Shown one piece after another: positions 29,991 to 40,202 of a DNA stretch of 64,000 bases (within the stretch, counting starts at the first letter, position 1; every line of letters starts with the position of its first letter). The notes beneath the pieces were generated by a model. The model was not told where the DNA came from. It made no database searches and saw nothing but the letters and a program-made list of their open reading frames with translations. The position numbers and the translations under genes were made by a program. This stretch comes from a virus. The DNA lies in the IMG/VR virus record IMGVR_UViG_3300023049_000574, positions 64,001 to 128,000 of that record, one strand, 5' to 3'.

Positions 29991-30255
29991 AGAATCAGAT
30001 ATAAGTATAGGAGATATAGTTAACCTTAATAGGGAGCTAGATAATATCTATATTGATTGGGGAGGCGAAACACCCAAAGACATTAAAGTGATTGATATCA
30101 AAAACTATAAAGGTATCACAGTGGCTATCATTGATAAAGAGTATACGAGATCTGATAATGAGAAGTCGAATGAAATTTCGATTGATTTTTTAGTTAAAGA
30201 TGTAGTAGAAACAAGAAATAATTTCATTGATAATCTTTTGGACGAAGAAGAATAA
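29974..30255 (+). CDS. Hypothetical protein with RNxxID tag
   Basis: Ends RNNFIDNLLDEEE; start uncertain (TTG). Confidence 0.5.
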   Translation: MGKQNKESDISIGDIVNLNRELDNIYIDWGGETPKDIKVIDIKNYKGITVAIIDKEYTRSDNEKSNEISIDFLVKDVVETRNNFIDNLLDEEE

Positions 30256-30283
30256 TTATTATATTTGCAGAAACTACATAACT

Positions 30284-30469
30284 ATGAACGAAAGAGAATT
30301 GAGAAAACTAGAAAGTAGAATCAGAAAAAACATGAGAGATATCAAAAGTGGTGAAACAACACCCAAGGAAAGTGGTATCGGAACTAAAATGAATATTCTG
30401 AAAAAATACGATGAAGCTCTTTTCGAAAAAATCATAGTTGAGTACAAAGAAATTTTAACAACCAAATGA
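30284..30469 (+). CDS. Small hypothetical protein
   Basis: MNERELRK... after TATATTTG (30260-30267). Confidence 0.5.
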   Translation: MNERELRKLESRIRKNMRDIKSGETTPKESGIGTKMNILKKYDEALFEKIIVEYKEILTTK

Positions 30470-31056
30470 GCTTTTACGTAAACCCATTCGAACGAATTGA
30501 TCATCAAGATGTATTTTTTACATCTGATATCCACATTGGTCATCAAAATGTTATAGGGTTCGATAGTAGACCCTTTAAAGACCTCGATGAGATGCATGAA
30601 GAAATGATCATCAGATGGAACTATAAAGTCCCATCTGATGCTATTGTATATCTCGTTGGGGATGTTTCTTATAGGTGTAATAACATGGGCTTAGTTAAAG
30701 ATATCATGAAGCAACTAAATGGGGATATTCGCCTTATTTTAGGAAACCATGATAGAATGAAGGAAATGGCTAAATTGGGTGTTTTCTCTGATATTCAGAG
30801 TTATAAAAGATTAGAGATATTACATGATGATGGCAATAATGGAGATCGTCAAGATGTTGTATTATGTCATTACCCGATACTTTCTTGGGATAAAGAATTC
30901 CACGGGGCAATTCATTTACATGGTCACTGTCACCAAAACCTTAAAGATAAATACCCTTGGTATTACGAGGAAAATAAAGTGATCGATGTCGGATGTATGG
31001 GTCACAATTACGAACCCATCTCTTATCAAGAGGTGAAAAAATTAATTATAGTATGA
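30466..31056 (+). CDS. Calcineurin-like metallophosphoesterase
   Basis: TSDIHIGH, VGD, GNHD, LCHYP, HLHGHCH, DVG. Confidence 0.88.
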   Translation: MSFYVNPFERIDHQDVFFTSDIHIGHQNVIGFDSRPFKDLDEMHEEMIIRWNYKVPSDAIVYLVGDVSYRCNNMGLVKDIMKQLNGDIRLILGNHDRMKEMAKLGVFSDIQSYKRLEILHDDGNNGDRQDVVLCHYPILSWDKEFHGAIHLHGHCHQNLKDKYPWYYEENKVIDVGCMGHNYEPISYQEVKKLIIV

Positions 31057-31211
31057 TATATTTATTAGGCATTGGAACATTTTTATTTATTATCCTATTC
31101 ATTTATTTACTAATAGGGAATGCTTATAAGAGAGGAAAAAGAGATGTTCTTGATAAACTATACAGAAACGGGGAGATATCTTCTCACATCAAAGGACATT
31201 ATAATAGGTAA
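31053..31211 (+). CDS. Small single-TM protein
   Basis: ATGA overlap with the upstream gene; hydrophobic N-terminus. Confidence 0.45.
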   Translation: MIYLLGIGTFLFIILFIYLLIGNAYKRGKRDVLDKLYRNGEISSHIKGHYNR

Positions 31212-31254
31212 GCCTTAAAAGTTAGGTTATTTAATGTTTACTCAGTTTATGATA

Positions 31255-31743
31255 TTAAACTATTCTTAATATACCTTCTTTGATTACGTTGATATTTCTA
31301 TCACTATCAGGTAAGAAAAGGAATGAATTCATTCTATTCAAAGGTGCTTCAATAGCATTGAATCCTAGTTCAATTAAAGTTTCATTCACATCAAGTTCTT
31401 CTCGTTCTAAATAAGCTATGAAGCTTTTTCCCCCCATATCTTTGTTTTCTTCTAAAGATTCAGCTAAATATTCTTGATCCATATCTCTTAATTTATCGAT
31501 AACAGATTCTACATTATTTATATCCCCAAAATAGTGTAAACTATTAAGTGGTTCAATAAGCTCTATTCTATATAGATTAGCACCATATTCAGAAGCAGCT
31601 TCCTTTGAGTTAGTAATATATATACCATCTCCTAAAAACTTAGATTCGCCACTGGTTTTAGGCATCTGTTTTAACTCAGATAAATCTTTATCTGTTCCAT
31701 GGTAATACCTTTCTTGATTATTATACTCTTTAATAAATTTCAT
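31255..31743 (-). CDS. ADP-ribosyltransferase-fold protein (PARP/PolyVal-like)
   Basis: YYHGT...LGDGIYITNSKEAASEYG; N-terminus MKFIKEY. Confidence 0.6.
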   Translation of the reverse strand: MKFIKEYNNQERYYHGTDKDLSELKQMPKTSGESKFLGDGIYITNSKEAASEYGANLYRIELIEPLNSLHYFGDINNVESVIDKLRDMDQEYLAESLEENKDMGGKSFIAYLEREELDVNETLIELGFNAIEAPLNRMNSFLFLPDSDRNINVIKEGILRIV

Positions 31744-31786
31744 ACAGTATATATAAACTTTTTGGTCTTTTTAAAATATATGTTAT

Positions 31787-32200
31787 ATGGATGAAAATAA
31801 AATCAAAGAACACCCCGATTTTAAAATGTACGTAGATAATAACGATGGAATAGAAGATCCTAATTTATTAGATTTTTGCTTAAAAACAGCAGACTACTTA
31901 CTTAAAGTTCCTTACGTTGATACTAATGGTTATTTTAAAATGCGGGCTACCGAAAACGGAGAAGAAGTAACTAAAACGATATACAAAGAGACTAAAGAGT
32001 TTGATGATTACACACAACTATTAGAATATGCGCTAAACATATGTGAAAAAAATTACTTCGTGTTACACAATTTAAGTGGTAATAAGTTGAGTTACTTCAC
32101 AATCGATGGTAATGTTACTTTCCCCAAACCAATGGAAAACAGAGATGCGGAAGCAGTAGTTAAACAAGTACACAGAAATAATATTATATCACAGATATGA
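31787..32200 (+). CDS. Hypothetical protein
   Basis: Ends HRNNIISQI. Confidence 0.55.
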   Translation: MDENKIKEHPDFKMYVDNNDGIEDPNLLDFCLKTADYLLKVPYVDTNGYFKMRATENGEEVTKTIYKETKEFDDYTQLLEYALNICEKNYFVLHNLSGNKLSYFTIDGNVTFPKPMENRDAEAVVKQVHRNNIISQI

Positions 32201-32946
32201 GAAACACTATTATACACGGGGATTGTTTGTTATATATGAAGGCAATCAAAGATAACTCTATTGATGCTATTATATGTGACCTTCCTTATGGAACTACAAA
32301 TTGTAAATGGGATAGTTTAATCGATCTCGATAAATTATGGGAACAATATAAAAGAATAGCTAAGGATCATTGTCCTATCGTTCTATTTGCTCAAACTCCA
32401 TTCGATAAAGTATTGGGAGCATCTAATTTAAAGATGCTTAGATATGAATGGATATGGGAAAAGACACAAGCTACGGGTCATTTAAATGCTAAGAAAATGC
32501 CTATGAAAGCACATGAGAATATATTGGTGTTTTATAAAAAATTACCTGTGTATAACCCTGTAATGACACACGGACATACTAGAAAAGTAAGTAGTGCTAA
32601 GAATAGAGCAGCTTGTATTGAGAGAAGAAACGACACTGATAATATTTACAACAATGAATATTCTGATAAGATAAATGATTACGATAGTACATCTAGATAC
32701 CCAAGAAGTGTGATTACCTTTCCTACGGATAAACAGACATCTAACTTACATAAGACACAAAAACCATTAGCTCTCTTAGAATACTTAGTAAAGACGTACA
32801 CAAATGAGGGCGATTTAGTATTGGATAATACTGCAGGTAGTGGTACTACGGGATTGGCTTGTAAAAATCTAAATAGGGATTACATCTTAATAGAGAAAGA
32901 AGAAGAGTATGTTGATATAATTACTGATCGGTTAAATGAAGGATAA
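32197..32946 (+). CDS. Orphan N6A/N4C DNA methyltransferase (beta class)
   Basis: DLPYG near the N-terminus; HKTQKP; VLDNTAGSGTT near the C-terminus. Confidence 0.9.
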   Translation: MRNTIIHGDCLLYMKAIKDNSIDAIICDLPYGTTNCKWDSLIDLDKLWEQYKRIAKDHCPIVLFAQTPFDKVLGASNLKMLRYEWIWEKTQATGHLNAKKMPMKAHENILVFYKKLPVYNPVMTHGHTRKVSSAKNRAACIERRNDTDNIYNNEYSDKINDYDSTSRYPRSVITFPTDKQTSNLHKTQKPLALLEYLVKTYTNEGDLVLDNTAGSGTTGLACKNLNRDYILIEKEEEYVDIITDRLNEG

Positions 32947-33408
32947 TTTATAATAACCTTCATTATCTTTTAATACTTCTATGATTTGATCATTCAGATC
33001 GCCTTTGATTTCTATGATTCTAGGATTTCTATCAGTTGGTGTAATATGACCGAAAGGAACATCAAAGTATTTACCATATACTAATGTATCATCTATATGA
33101 AAACTAAGCTTGTGTTTATTACAATACTTTGCCTTTGTTTCATTCCAAGTATTATCATCGATCCAAAAGCGTCCATTTTCGTCTGTCCACATTTCAGTAT
33201 CTTTATTTTTATGATATTCTAATATAGAAAAGATGTGATCATATTCAACATCATATCCTTTGAGTTCTGTTTTAATAGAACCATCGATAAGAGATCCCGT
33301 TAAGATATGGATCTCATAGTTTAGTTTCCTAAACTGCTTGATTATTTTTGAAAATAACTGAGGGTTCTGATCAATAACCCCATGTATATCGAATCCTATT
33401 TTGTTCAT
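32932..33408 (-). CDS. HAD-superfamily-like protein
   Basis: IGFDIHGVI, ILTG, K, HIDD. Confidence 0.6.
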   Translation of the reverse strand: MNKIGFDIHGVIDQNPQLFSKIIKQFRKLNYEIHILTGSLIDGSIKTELKGYDVEYDHIFSILEYHKNKDTEMWTDENGRFWIDDNTWNETKAKYCNKHKLSFHIDDTLVYGKYFDVPFGHITPTDRNPRIIEIKGDLNDQIIEVLKDNEGYYKLSFI

Positions 33409-33428
33409 ATTAGCAAATGTAATGATTT

Positions 33429-33899
33429 TTAATTACCCGATTCGATTTCTTCTAATATTTTTGTCAATTTAAAATCCCTAGATTTCATAGTTGTTTGTGT
33501 ACCAAATAGATTCTTATTAACAACTAATCTTTGATTGCCTCCCTTTGTTAGATAAATAAAGGCTAACCACACATTATCAATAGCATATATTTCCTTTAAT
33601 TTAGAAACCCTTGGGGATATTTTATCACAGGCTAATAATAGTTTTTTATCATCTGTCCTATATCGATGGAAGAAAGGGTCTAAAGATAGATCATTATCAA
33701 TAGTAATACCCTGTGATGGTTGACCGTTTGCACTGAATAAAATTTCAGCGTTATCATAATCTAAACAGACTAGGCTATCTTGCCAAGATATCTTATCTCC
33801 AATTCCCAATTTCTTTCCTATCATTTTATAATAGGATGGGGAAATAAGAAAATACTTATTTCTGAAACTATCTATTTCTTCGTGTATTATGAAATTCAT
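33429..33899 (-). CDS. Hypothetical protein with RDxK tag
   Basis: Start MNFIIH; ends RDFKLTKILEEIESGN. Confidence 0.55.
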   Translation of the reverse strand: MNFIIHEEIDSFRNKYFLISPSYYKMIGKKLGIGDKISWQDSLVCLDYDNAEILFSANGQPSQGITIDNDLSLDPFFHRYRTDDKKLLLACDKISPRVSKLKEIYAIDNVWLAFIYLTKGGNQRLVVNKNLFGTQTTMKSRDFKLTKILEEIESGN

Positions 33900-33935
33900 A
33901 TAATAATATATAAGATATACAAAAATAGTAAAAAA

Positions 33936-34193
33936 ATGGAACACATAAAAACATTTGAAGCACTTTCTAGAGATATGTCGATAAGACAACTTAAAAATGT
34001 TTCTAACCAACTAGGTAATATTGATGTTGGTAAAAGAGTATCAGACGCTAGTTTTGCTAATGCACTTAACACTAAAAGAAACATGGCTGATACGTATATT
34101 CAAAGTTACAGCGATTACTTAAAAGAACCATTCTCGGTAAACCAAAACAGAAAGCCGTGGAATGATCGTAAGAAAAAAAGCAAGAAAAAATAA
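33936..34193 (+). CDS. Small basic protein with MEHIKTFE N-terminus
   Basis: TAATATATA upstream; Lys-rich tail. Confidence 0.6.
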   Translation: MEHIKTFEALSRDMSIRQLKNVSNQLGNIDVGKRVSDASFANALNTKRNMADTYIQSYSDYLKEPFSVNQNRKPWNDRKKKSKKK

Positions 34194-35053
34194 TGGCAGC
34201 ACCTACTACACAAGCAACTAATTTAGAAGCGGCTTTAATCAATAGCCTTAGCGTTCGTTTGACCTTTAATGTGGGTAACGGAGAAAGGAGATTAGTGGCT
34301 GTAACCAAAGGATCTGATGTTAAGTATCCTATTAATGGGGTAAAATATGAAGGTAGTTTAAAATACGAAACAGGTGATCAGCTTATTGCAATAGAAGCGG
34401 GTACAGAAGGTGATCCTTATCCATACCCATATCCTGACCCTGATCCCGAAGATCCTGAAACAGATCCTAATTCATTAACATATGTAGTGTATGAAGGTTT
34501 TGATAATGGTCAAAATGGGTTGGATATTATTGAATTAAATCCAGGAACTACTTATACTATAATGGTATTCGAACATGATAATTTCTTTTATTCTAACTCT
34601 ACAAAACTTGTGATAACTACACACTATGCTCCTAATACTAGAAGAATGGATGTTAGAGTATATGACAACAATACTAGAAAAATAATCAAAGAAGCGGATG
34701 TTGCGATTAAAGATAGGAGAGGGTTTATTGCAGCGTTTGGTAAAACAGACAATGAAGGTAGATTTAGATCTTCTTTAGTTGAAGAAGGTAGATACGAAAT
34801 GAGTGTAGTTGCTAATAATTACGACCCTAAAATTATAACAGGTATGTTTGTTCAGAGAAAAGAACCCACTAGGGATAATAATTATAGGATATATACTAAC
34901 ACAGCACATACAGAATACGGTGGTACTGTTGAGAGAGAGCGTTACCGAAACCAAAATGACTATATTGTATATTTAGATACGGCTAATAATACAGGTAGAT
35001 CTTTCACTAGATATGAACCTAACGACAACCCTGATCATTTAACTAAACTATAA
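34193..35053 (+). CDS. Putative virion protein (Fn3/Ig-like plus carboxypeptidase-regulatory-like domain)
   Basis: LNPGTTYTIMVFE; GKTDNEGRF...GRYEMSV; Pro-rich insert DPYPYPYPDPDPEDP. Confidence 0.5.
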   Translation: MAAPTTQATNLEAALINSLSVRLTFNVGNGERRLVAVTKGSDVKYPINGVKYEGSLKYETGDQLIAIEAGTEGDPYPYPYPDPDPEDPETDPNSLTYVVYEGFDNGQNGLDIIELNPGTTYTIMVFEHDNFFYSNSTKLVITTHYAPNTRRMDVRVYDNNTRKIIKEADVAIKDRRGFIAAFGKTDNEGRFRSSLVEEGRYEMSVVANNYDPKIITGMFVQRKEPTRDNNYRIYTNTAHTEYGGTVERERYRNQNDYIVYLDTANNTGRSFTRYEPNDNPDHLTKL

Positions 35054-35536
35054 TTAAATATCTAATTCAATAAAAGTTAAATCACGTTGTATTAAGGTTC
35101 TATTGTATTCCATATTATTTAACCATCGTCCTAAGACAACAGATAATCCGTTAGAACTACCTACTATCGAAATAAATTTAGGTAAGTCATTATATATTTG
35201 ATTCCAAATTTCTTCACCACCATCCTCATATACTTCTTCTCCTATACTTATGATATTATCAATATTTTCTATACCATAGACTTTATCAAAAGCTTCTATA
35301 AGTGTAGATATATTTTCAACAGTTAGTGGATTTATACCATCAGCATTAGGCGTAGGTAAGTCTTTTAAATAAATTTTCACCAATTCCCACTCTGCTTTGG
35401 TTATATCTTTATTTAGATATCTTCTAGATTTCTCTTTTAAATAATCTAATATATGTGGATTATACTTTAACTCTACATCCCTATTTGTGTGAAATGTGAC
35501 TGTATAAAAAAATAATATGCCTAAAAACTGTTTCAT
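35054..35536 (-). CDS. Hypothetical protein
   Basis: TATATTTG upstream (35544-35551, minus strand). Confidence 0.55.
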   Translation of the reverse strand: MKQFLGILFFYTVTFHTNRDVELKYNPHILDYLKEKSRRYLNKDITKAEWELVKIYLKDLPTPNADGINPLTVENISTLIEAFDKVYGIENIDNIISIGEEVYEDGGEEIWNQIYNDLPKFISIVGSSNGLSVVLGRWLNNMEYNRTLIQRDLTFIELDI

Positions 35537-35602
35537 AGTTCTGCAAATATACTAAATAAGTAAGTAGAATTTTTAATATATAAATAAAATAACACTTAAT
35601 AA

Positions 35603-36751
35603 ATGGCAGATTGTTCACCAAGTACAAATAGATTTTTCTCACCTGTTCAAACACATATTAAGATGTACAACAGTACATTTGTGGCTGTTGAGGGAGCTAA
35701 TATGACACATAAAATGTCTTCACTTCCTTCAATAAGATTTCCCTATCAACAAGTATTAACAGGTAGAATTACTTTAAGAGCAGGACAAACTAACTATTTA
35801 TTGAACCATTTGGGATTAGGTGATAATGCCACATTCTTAGCGATCACAGCACAATATGATTCTAGTTCTAAATTCGAAGCAGATAATTACATTCAATACT
35901 CATATTACAGTGATAAAGGTAGATTAATGCCTTTCTCTCATATGTTAGTATTAACAGGTAATTCTGAGAATAGAATAGAACAATTATATTTACATAACCC
36001 TAACCAAAATGCAGCAGTTGTATTGGAAGTGATGGTTGGTGTAATTGATGAAACATATGATTTCTTCACTCAAAATGAAGAATCTACTAGTGGTAATAAC
36101 TCTACTACAATCAATAACTTAGTACACACTGATCTATCTCTTTGGGATGCCGATAGTGATATCATGGTTGTTACTAATAGCTTTAATCAACCTATATTAT
36201 ATCTAAACTTAAACGATATTAACAGCGTAAGTCAAGATGGTAAGATTGTTACAGTGGATGAAGCTAGTACAGGTCAAATATTATTAGTATTCAAAACAGA
36301 ATATGATGCTACACAAGCAAGAGGTAAAATAACACAATGGATAGATGATTATAATAATAATTCTACTCCACCTGTGGATGATTTCGAACCAATTATTAGA
36401 TTTACTACTAACGTTACTGATGATGATCCTGATGTTATTCCTTATGGTATATTTTATAGTATAGATGGAGATAGAGCATTTGTAGGCGATTCAACATTAA
36501 GTTTAGCTGATTACAGTAATACAATTACTAAAACTATATTAAGTAATTATCTAATATCTGAGGTTAGAGACTTTGAAGACACGATAGTAAGCGTCAGCCC
36601 TGCTAGTGATTTAACTATAAGAGATGTAAATGGAGCAGTATTAACAAGTATAGTAGCAGCAGGTGAATATTATATCTATTTTGATATTGCTGATGCAATC
36701 GGTAATAAAGTAGACCCCGCAGTTAATGTTAAAATTAATGTCGTTGCTTAA
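35603..36751 (+). CDS. Putative virion structural protein
   Basis: 382 aa, beta-rich; TAATATATA at 35574. Confidence 0.5.
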   Translation: MADCSPSTNRFFSPVQTHIKMYNSTFVAVEGANMTHKMSSLPSIRFPYQQVLTGRITLRAGQTNYLLNHLGLGDNATFLAITAQYDSSSKFEADNYIQYSYYSDKGRLMPFSHMLVLTGNSENRIEQLYLHNPNQNAAVVLEVMVGVIDETYDFFTQNEESTSGNNSTTINNLVHTDLSLWDADSDIMVVTNSFNQPILYLNLNDINSVSQDGKIVTVDEASTGQILLVFKTEYDATQARGKITQWIDDYNNNSTPPVDDFEPIIRFTTNVTDDDPDVIPYGIFYSIDGDRAFVGDSTLSLADYSNTITKTILSNYLISEVRDFEDTIVSVSPASDLTIRDVNGAVLTSIVAAGEYYIYFDIADAIGNKVDPAVNVKINVVA

Positions 36752-37139
36752 ACTTATATAATAAGCTCAATTTATCACATTCATTAAATCCATTAATTCG
36801 ATCTAGATCGAACTTATCGTCTATTTCACATATATATGCTAAACTTCCCCCAAAGTAAACAAAGGCTGCTTGAAGGAATTTATTAGTAATAACTACTGTG
36901 TAGTCTGTTGTCATAGCAGCACCACCTATCCCTTGCCATCCACCTGAGGTATTCCCCCAAGTTTGTTGAATAATATGAAAGTCAGTTCTATGCCAATTAT
37001 TGGTTTTATCGCTAAAGTAATCTTTTAATCTAGCACCATAATCCCCACCCATTTGGGTAATAGCGTATTGTAAGTTGTTATAACTGTTAACCGCAGATAA
37101 AAACTGCTCTGTTTCTCTTGTATCAAATGTATTTCTCAT
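36735..37139 (-). CDS. Hypothetical protein
   Basis: QTWGNTSGGWQGIGGAAMT motif. Confidence 0.55.
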   Translation of the reverse strand: MRNTFDTRETEQFLSAVNSYNNLQYAITQMGGDYGARLKDYFSDKTNNWHRTDFHIIQQTWGNTSGGWQGIGGAAMTTDYTVVITNKFLQAAFVYFGGSLAYICEIDDKFDLDRINGFNECDKLSLLYKFKQRH

Positions 37140-37144
37140 AAATA

Positions 37145-37185
37145 TTATAGAATAATTTTAAACTTTGTTTATATACTCGATATAA
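37145..37185. promoter_or_regulatory. Overlapping divergent AAAC-N17-TATAA promoters
   Basis: Plus strand: AAAC 37160-37163 and TATAA 37181-37185. Minus strand: AAAC-aaagtttaaaattattc-TATAA before the ATG at 37139. Confidence 0.6.
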
Positions 37186-37200
37186 TAATAAAAAATTTTT

Positions 37201-37752
37201 ATGAATAAGTATTTAAAAGACACAGAAGAGTTCCACGATAATTTTAATTTACCGATTAATGAAGAAATAGTTGATGATAATTTAGAAGATAGAAAATTAA
37301 GACTATCTTTGATCTTTGAAGAAATGGTAGAATTAGCTCATGCAATGGGTTGTACAAAACATTTAGAATCTTTATGTGATAAACACAAAGGTGGATCTCA
37401 TACTTGGTTATTCAACGGAGAAGAGTCAAGTGATGGCAATACATATAATAAAATAGAAACCTTGGATGCCTTAGGTGATCTACAATATGTAACATCAGGG
37501 TCAGTTATTTCTTTAGGGTATAAAAATGTATTTGATAATGCGTTTACTGATATCCATATAAGTAATATGACTAAACTTTGTAATAACACACAAGAAGCAG
37601 ATGATACTATTAAGTATTATAAGAAAGAAAGGGGAGAAGTAATGGAATTATCTATTCTACCAAAGGGAGATAAGTTTATAGTACAAAGAGAAGATGGTAA
37701 GATCATGAAAAATAAATATTACGAAGCAGTGGATTTAAAAAAATATATTTAA
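37201..37752 (+). CDS. MazG/HisE-like all-alpha NTP pyrophosphohydrolase
   Basis: EFHDNF, LIFEEMVEL, ETLDALGDLQYV, IHISNMTK, DGKIMK. Confidence 0.85.
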   Translation: MNKYLKDTEEFHDNFNLPINEEIVDDNLEDRKLRLSLIFEEMVELAHAMGCTKHLESLCDKHKGGSHTWLFNGEESSDGNTYNKIETLDALGDLQYVTSGSVISLGYKNVFDNAFTDIHISNMTKLCNNTQEADDTIKYYKKERGEVMELSILPKGDKFIVQREDGKIMKNKYYEAVDLKKYI

Positions 37753-38096
37753 TGGAAATAATAGAAATAGAGAGAGAACCACCCGTTGCTGACGAGTCAA
37801 TAAGAGGGTGGGTGTTCCAAATAATTCGACAACAAGTTTTTCTGTTAGCGGTAGATGATCATGCTATAGAATCATTAACTATGAGCGATGATATATATGA
37901 GCTATATGATGATCTAAAAGCCCACTTCTATTTTGAAATAAAGAAAAGCCATGGTCTTAAATATTCTGATAATTTAGAAACAGAATATATGTTTGATTTT
38001 ATAGTTAAAACCAATAAGATAGATATATATTATATAATAAACAGGGATATTAGAAAAGAAAGAGATGGTTATATTAATAGTATATTAAACAGTTAA
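37752..38096 (+). CDS. Hypothetical protein with RD tag
   Basis: Ends RDGYINSILNS. Confidence 0.55.
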   Translation: MEIIEIEREPPVADESIRGWVFQIIRQQVFLLAVDDHAIESLTMSDDIYELYDDLKAHFYFEIKKSHGLKYSDNLETEYMFDFIVKTNKIDIYYIINRDIRKERDGYINSILNS

Positions 38097-38158
38097 TTGG
38101 GGATATCGATTACCCGTAGAATACAATAAAAGGAAATAAAATATAATATATAGGGTAT

Positions 38159-38689
38159 ATGAAAAAGATATACTCTATATTACTTATTTTAGTACTTTCG
38201 ATATTACCTATATCACTTAATTCGAGTGAAATGGGAAACCCTGATGCTATTAAGTTCGGATCAATAAAAGCTGCTATGAAAAGTGGGCTGTTCACGTTAA
38301 TGAACACGATTGATCTTACGGGTTGGATGCCATCTGATAATAGTCAAAGTGGATATGGGAAAGGTAGATTTTTCTACAAAGTATCACGAACTGTATCTCC
38401 CGATAAAGGCGGTTACTATTATTTTGAGATAAGATTCTTATCTGATAGTTATTATCCTGCTAATTATTATACTAATGGTCAAGTAACAAGGTCTGCTACT
38501 AAGATAGATGTTATGTCATTGTTCGTTAATGGACAACCTACTATTAATATGTTAACTAATAGTCAAACTTTTTGGTTATTATTCCAAGGGAATTTTGACA
38601 GAGGTACAGGAGATTTGGGAATATATTTTAAAGCAAACAATCCTAATTCTAGGATAGATCTTAGATGGACGCAACCAAAACCTTATTAA
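38159..38689 (+). CDS. Secreted/periplasmic protein with signal peptide
   Basis: MKKIYSILLILVLSILPISLNS; TAATATATA at 38144. Confidence 0.6.
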   Translation: MKKIYSILLILVLSILPISLNSSEMGNPDAIKFGSIKAAMKSGLFTLMNTIDLTGWMPSDNSQSGYGKGRFFYKVSRTVSPDKGGYYYFEIRFLSDSYYPANYYTNGQVTRSATKIDVMSLFVNGQPTINMLTNSQTFWLLFQGNFDRGTGDLGIYFKANNPNSRIDLRWTQPKPY

Positions 38690-38693
38690 AATC

Positions 38694-39074
38694 ATGGCAG
38701 AGAAAAAAGAAAAATATGACGGTGATTATAAAGTAGGTTTATCTGACCAAGGAAGGATATCATTTAATCTGAATTGGAAATGGGCAGTTACTATAGCTAT
38801 TACTATATTGGGGTTTGTTTTATATTTAGTAATAGACAAGTATCATACTCAACCAATGAACGAACTGAAAGAGAAAAATATCGAACTTAGAAGTGAATTA
38901 AGTAAGATGAAAGAGAATAATGGTAAAGCTATTAACACGTTAACAAATAACCAAGGTATTCTTTTGGATAGAAGCGAAAGAACTCAAATGTTTATCAATA
39001 GATGGTTCAACGAAAATGATGATCAACCTGCTGCTGAGATCCAACCATTAGATCATAATACACCAGGAAATTAA
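38694..39074 (+). CDS. Single-TM coiled-coil protein (lysis role possible)
   Basis: WAVTIAITILGFVLYLVI followed by a coiled coil. Confidence 0.5.
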   Translation: MAEKKEKYDGDYKVGLSDQGRISFNLNWKWAVTIAITILGFVLYLVIDKYHTQPMNELKEKNIELRSELSKMKENNGKAINTLTNNQGILLDRSERTQMFINRWFNENDDQPAAEIQPLDHNTPGN

Positions 39075-39102
39075 ACTTTTTTTAATTTTATAATATATTA
39101 GT

Positions 39103-39522
39103 ATGTTTAAAATAATATTCAAAATAGCAGACTTTGCTTCTAAGGAAATAAAAAGGGATTTTAATATTGATCAAATATTAGAAGATTCCGAAAAAAAGTT
39201 TGATGATATAACAGAATATAATCAATATGTACAAGTAATTGAAAGGATATTCGAAAAAAACCAAAAACTAAATTTATACGGAAATGATTATAGTATCAAT
39301 GATTTAAAAACCATTACTACATCTAATTTATCCAATATAATATTAGAAGTTACTGTAATAGAATTTACTCCCCCAATAGATTGGGATCTAATAAATAAAG
39401 AATTAAATAGTAATAACAATTGGTATTTTACCTATGGTACAGGAACGACCAACCTACATGGTAATACTACTATGGGTGGTGGAACACAACAACTAACGAA
39501 TAATTATAATAATGCAGTATAA
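39103..39522 (+). CDS. Hypothetical protein, paralog 1 (RDFNID near N-terminus)
   Basis: KEIKRDFNIDQILED. Confidence 0.55.
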   Translation: MFKIIFKIADFASKEIKRDFNIDQILEDSEKKFDDITEYNQYVQVIERIFEKNQKLNLYGNDYSINDLKTITTSNLSNIILEVTVIEFTPPIDWDLINKELNSNNNWYFTYGTGTTNLHGNTTMGGGTQQLTNNYNNAV

Positions 39523-39886
39523 ATTAACATATGATGTAAACAGTTGCTCTAAAGAATTAAAAAGAGATTTTAATATTGATTCTGTTATGAGTGAAGATGA
39601 TTTATCTTTTTCTACATTAAAAGAATTTAAGTCCTATGTGGATCTTTTAAAAGAAATACAAAACGATAATTCTAATATAACTATCAATGATATTATATTC
39701 AGAATAAATCAACTAAATTATTCTATTTATGATAATACTACCTTTTGTATCATTAAGCTTTATTGTGTAGATGATAAGTATATAGACGAGGATGATGATA
39801 GAGGTGAGAATGTTTATAAGTATAGCTCCACGAATATAGATTCTTTAATACAAGCTTATACTAAAGCAGTTAATAGTCCTATATAA
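39512..39886 (+). CDS. Hypothetical protein, paralog 2
   Basis: KELKRDFNIDSVMSED. Confidence 0.55.
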   Translation: MQYKLTYDVNSCSKELKRDFNIDSVMSEDDLSFSTLKEFKSYVDLLKEIQNDNSNITINDIIFRINQLNYSIYDNTTFCIIKLYCVDDKYIDEDDDRGENVYKYSSTNIDSLIQAYTKAVNSPI

Positions 39887-39887
39887 T

Positions 39888-40202
39888 ATGGAAGAAACTA
39901 ATTACAAAGTATGTTTTATATTATCTAATAAGAATCAAAAAAATATACTAAGAGATTATAATCTTAACCTTATTGATAAAGATAATTTCAAGAATGAGAT
40001 ATATTTCACTTCCCCATTAGATATGAAAACTTATTTAGAGTTTTATAAAAAAGGAGATAGGGTAAATTTCAATGATATGTTATTTTATATTGAAGATATT
40101 TCATGTAATATGACAGATGGTAAGATTAATTTTGATATTAAGTTATTATATTTTAATACTCTTGAAGAAGATGGAAGTATGTACGGAGAAGTGTGGAGGT
40201 AA
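39888..40202 (+). CDS. Hypothetical protein, paralog 3
   Basis: NILRDYNLNLID. Confidence 0.5.
   Translation: MEETNYKVCFILSNKNQKNILRDYNLNLIDKDNFKNEIYFTSPLDMKTYLEFYKKGDRVNFNDMLFYIEDISCNMTDGKINFDIKLLYFNTLEEDGSMYGEVWR

Noticed and set aside
34411-34470. Pro/Asp/Tyr microrepeat as a diversity-generating element
   Set aside because: Simple in-frame low-complexity linker; no reverse transcriptase or template repeat in the window.
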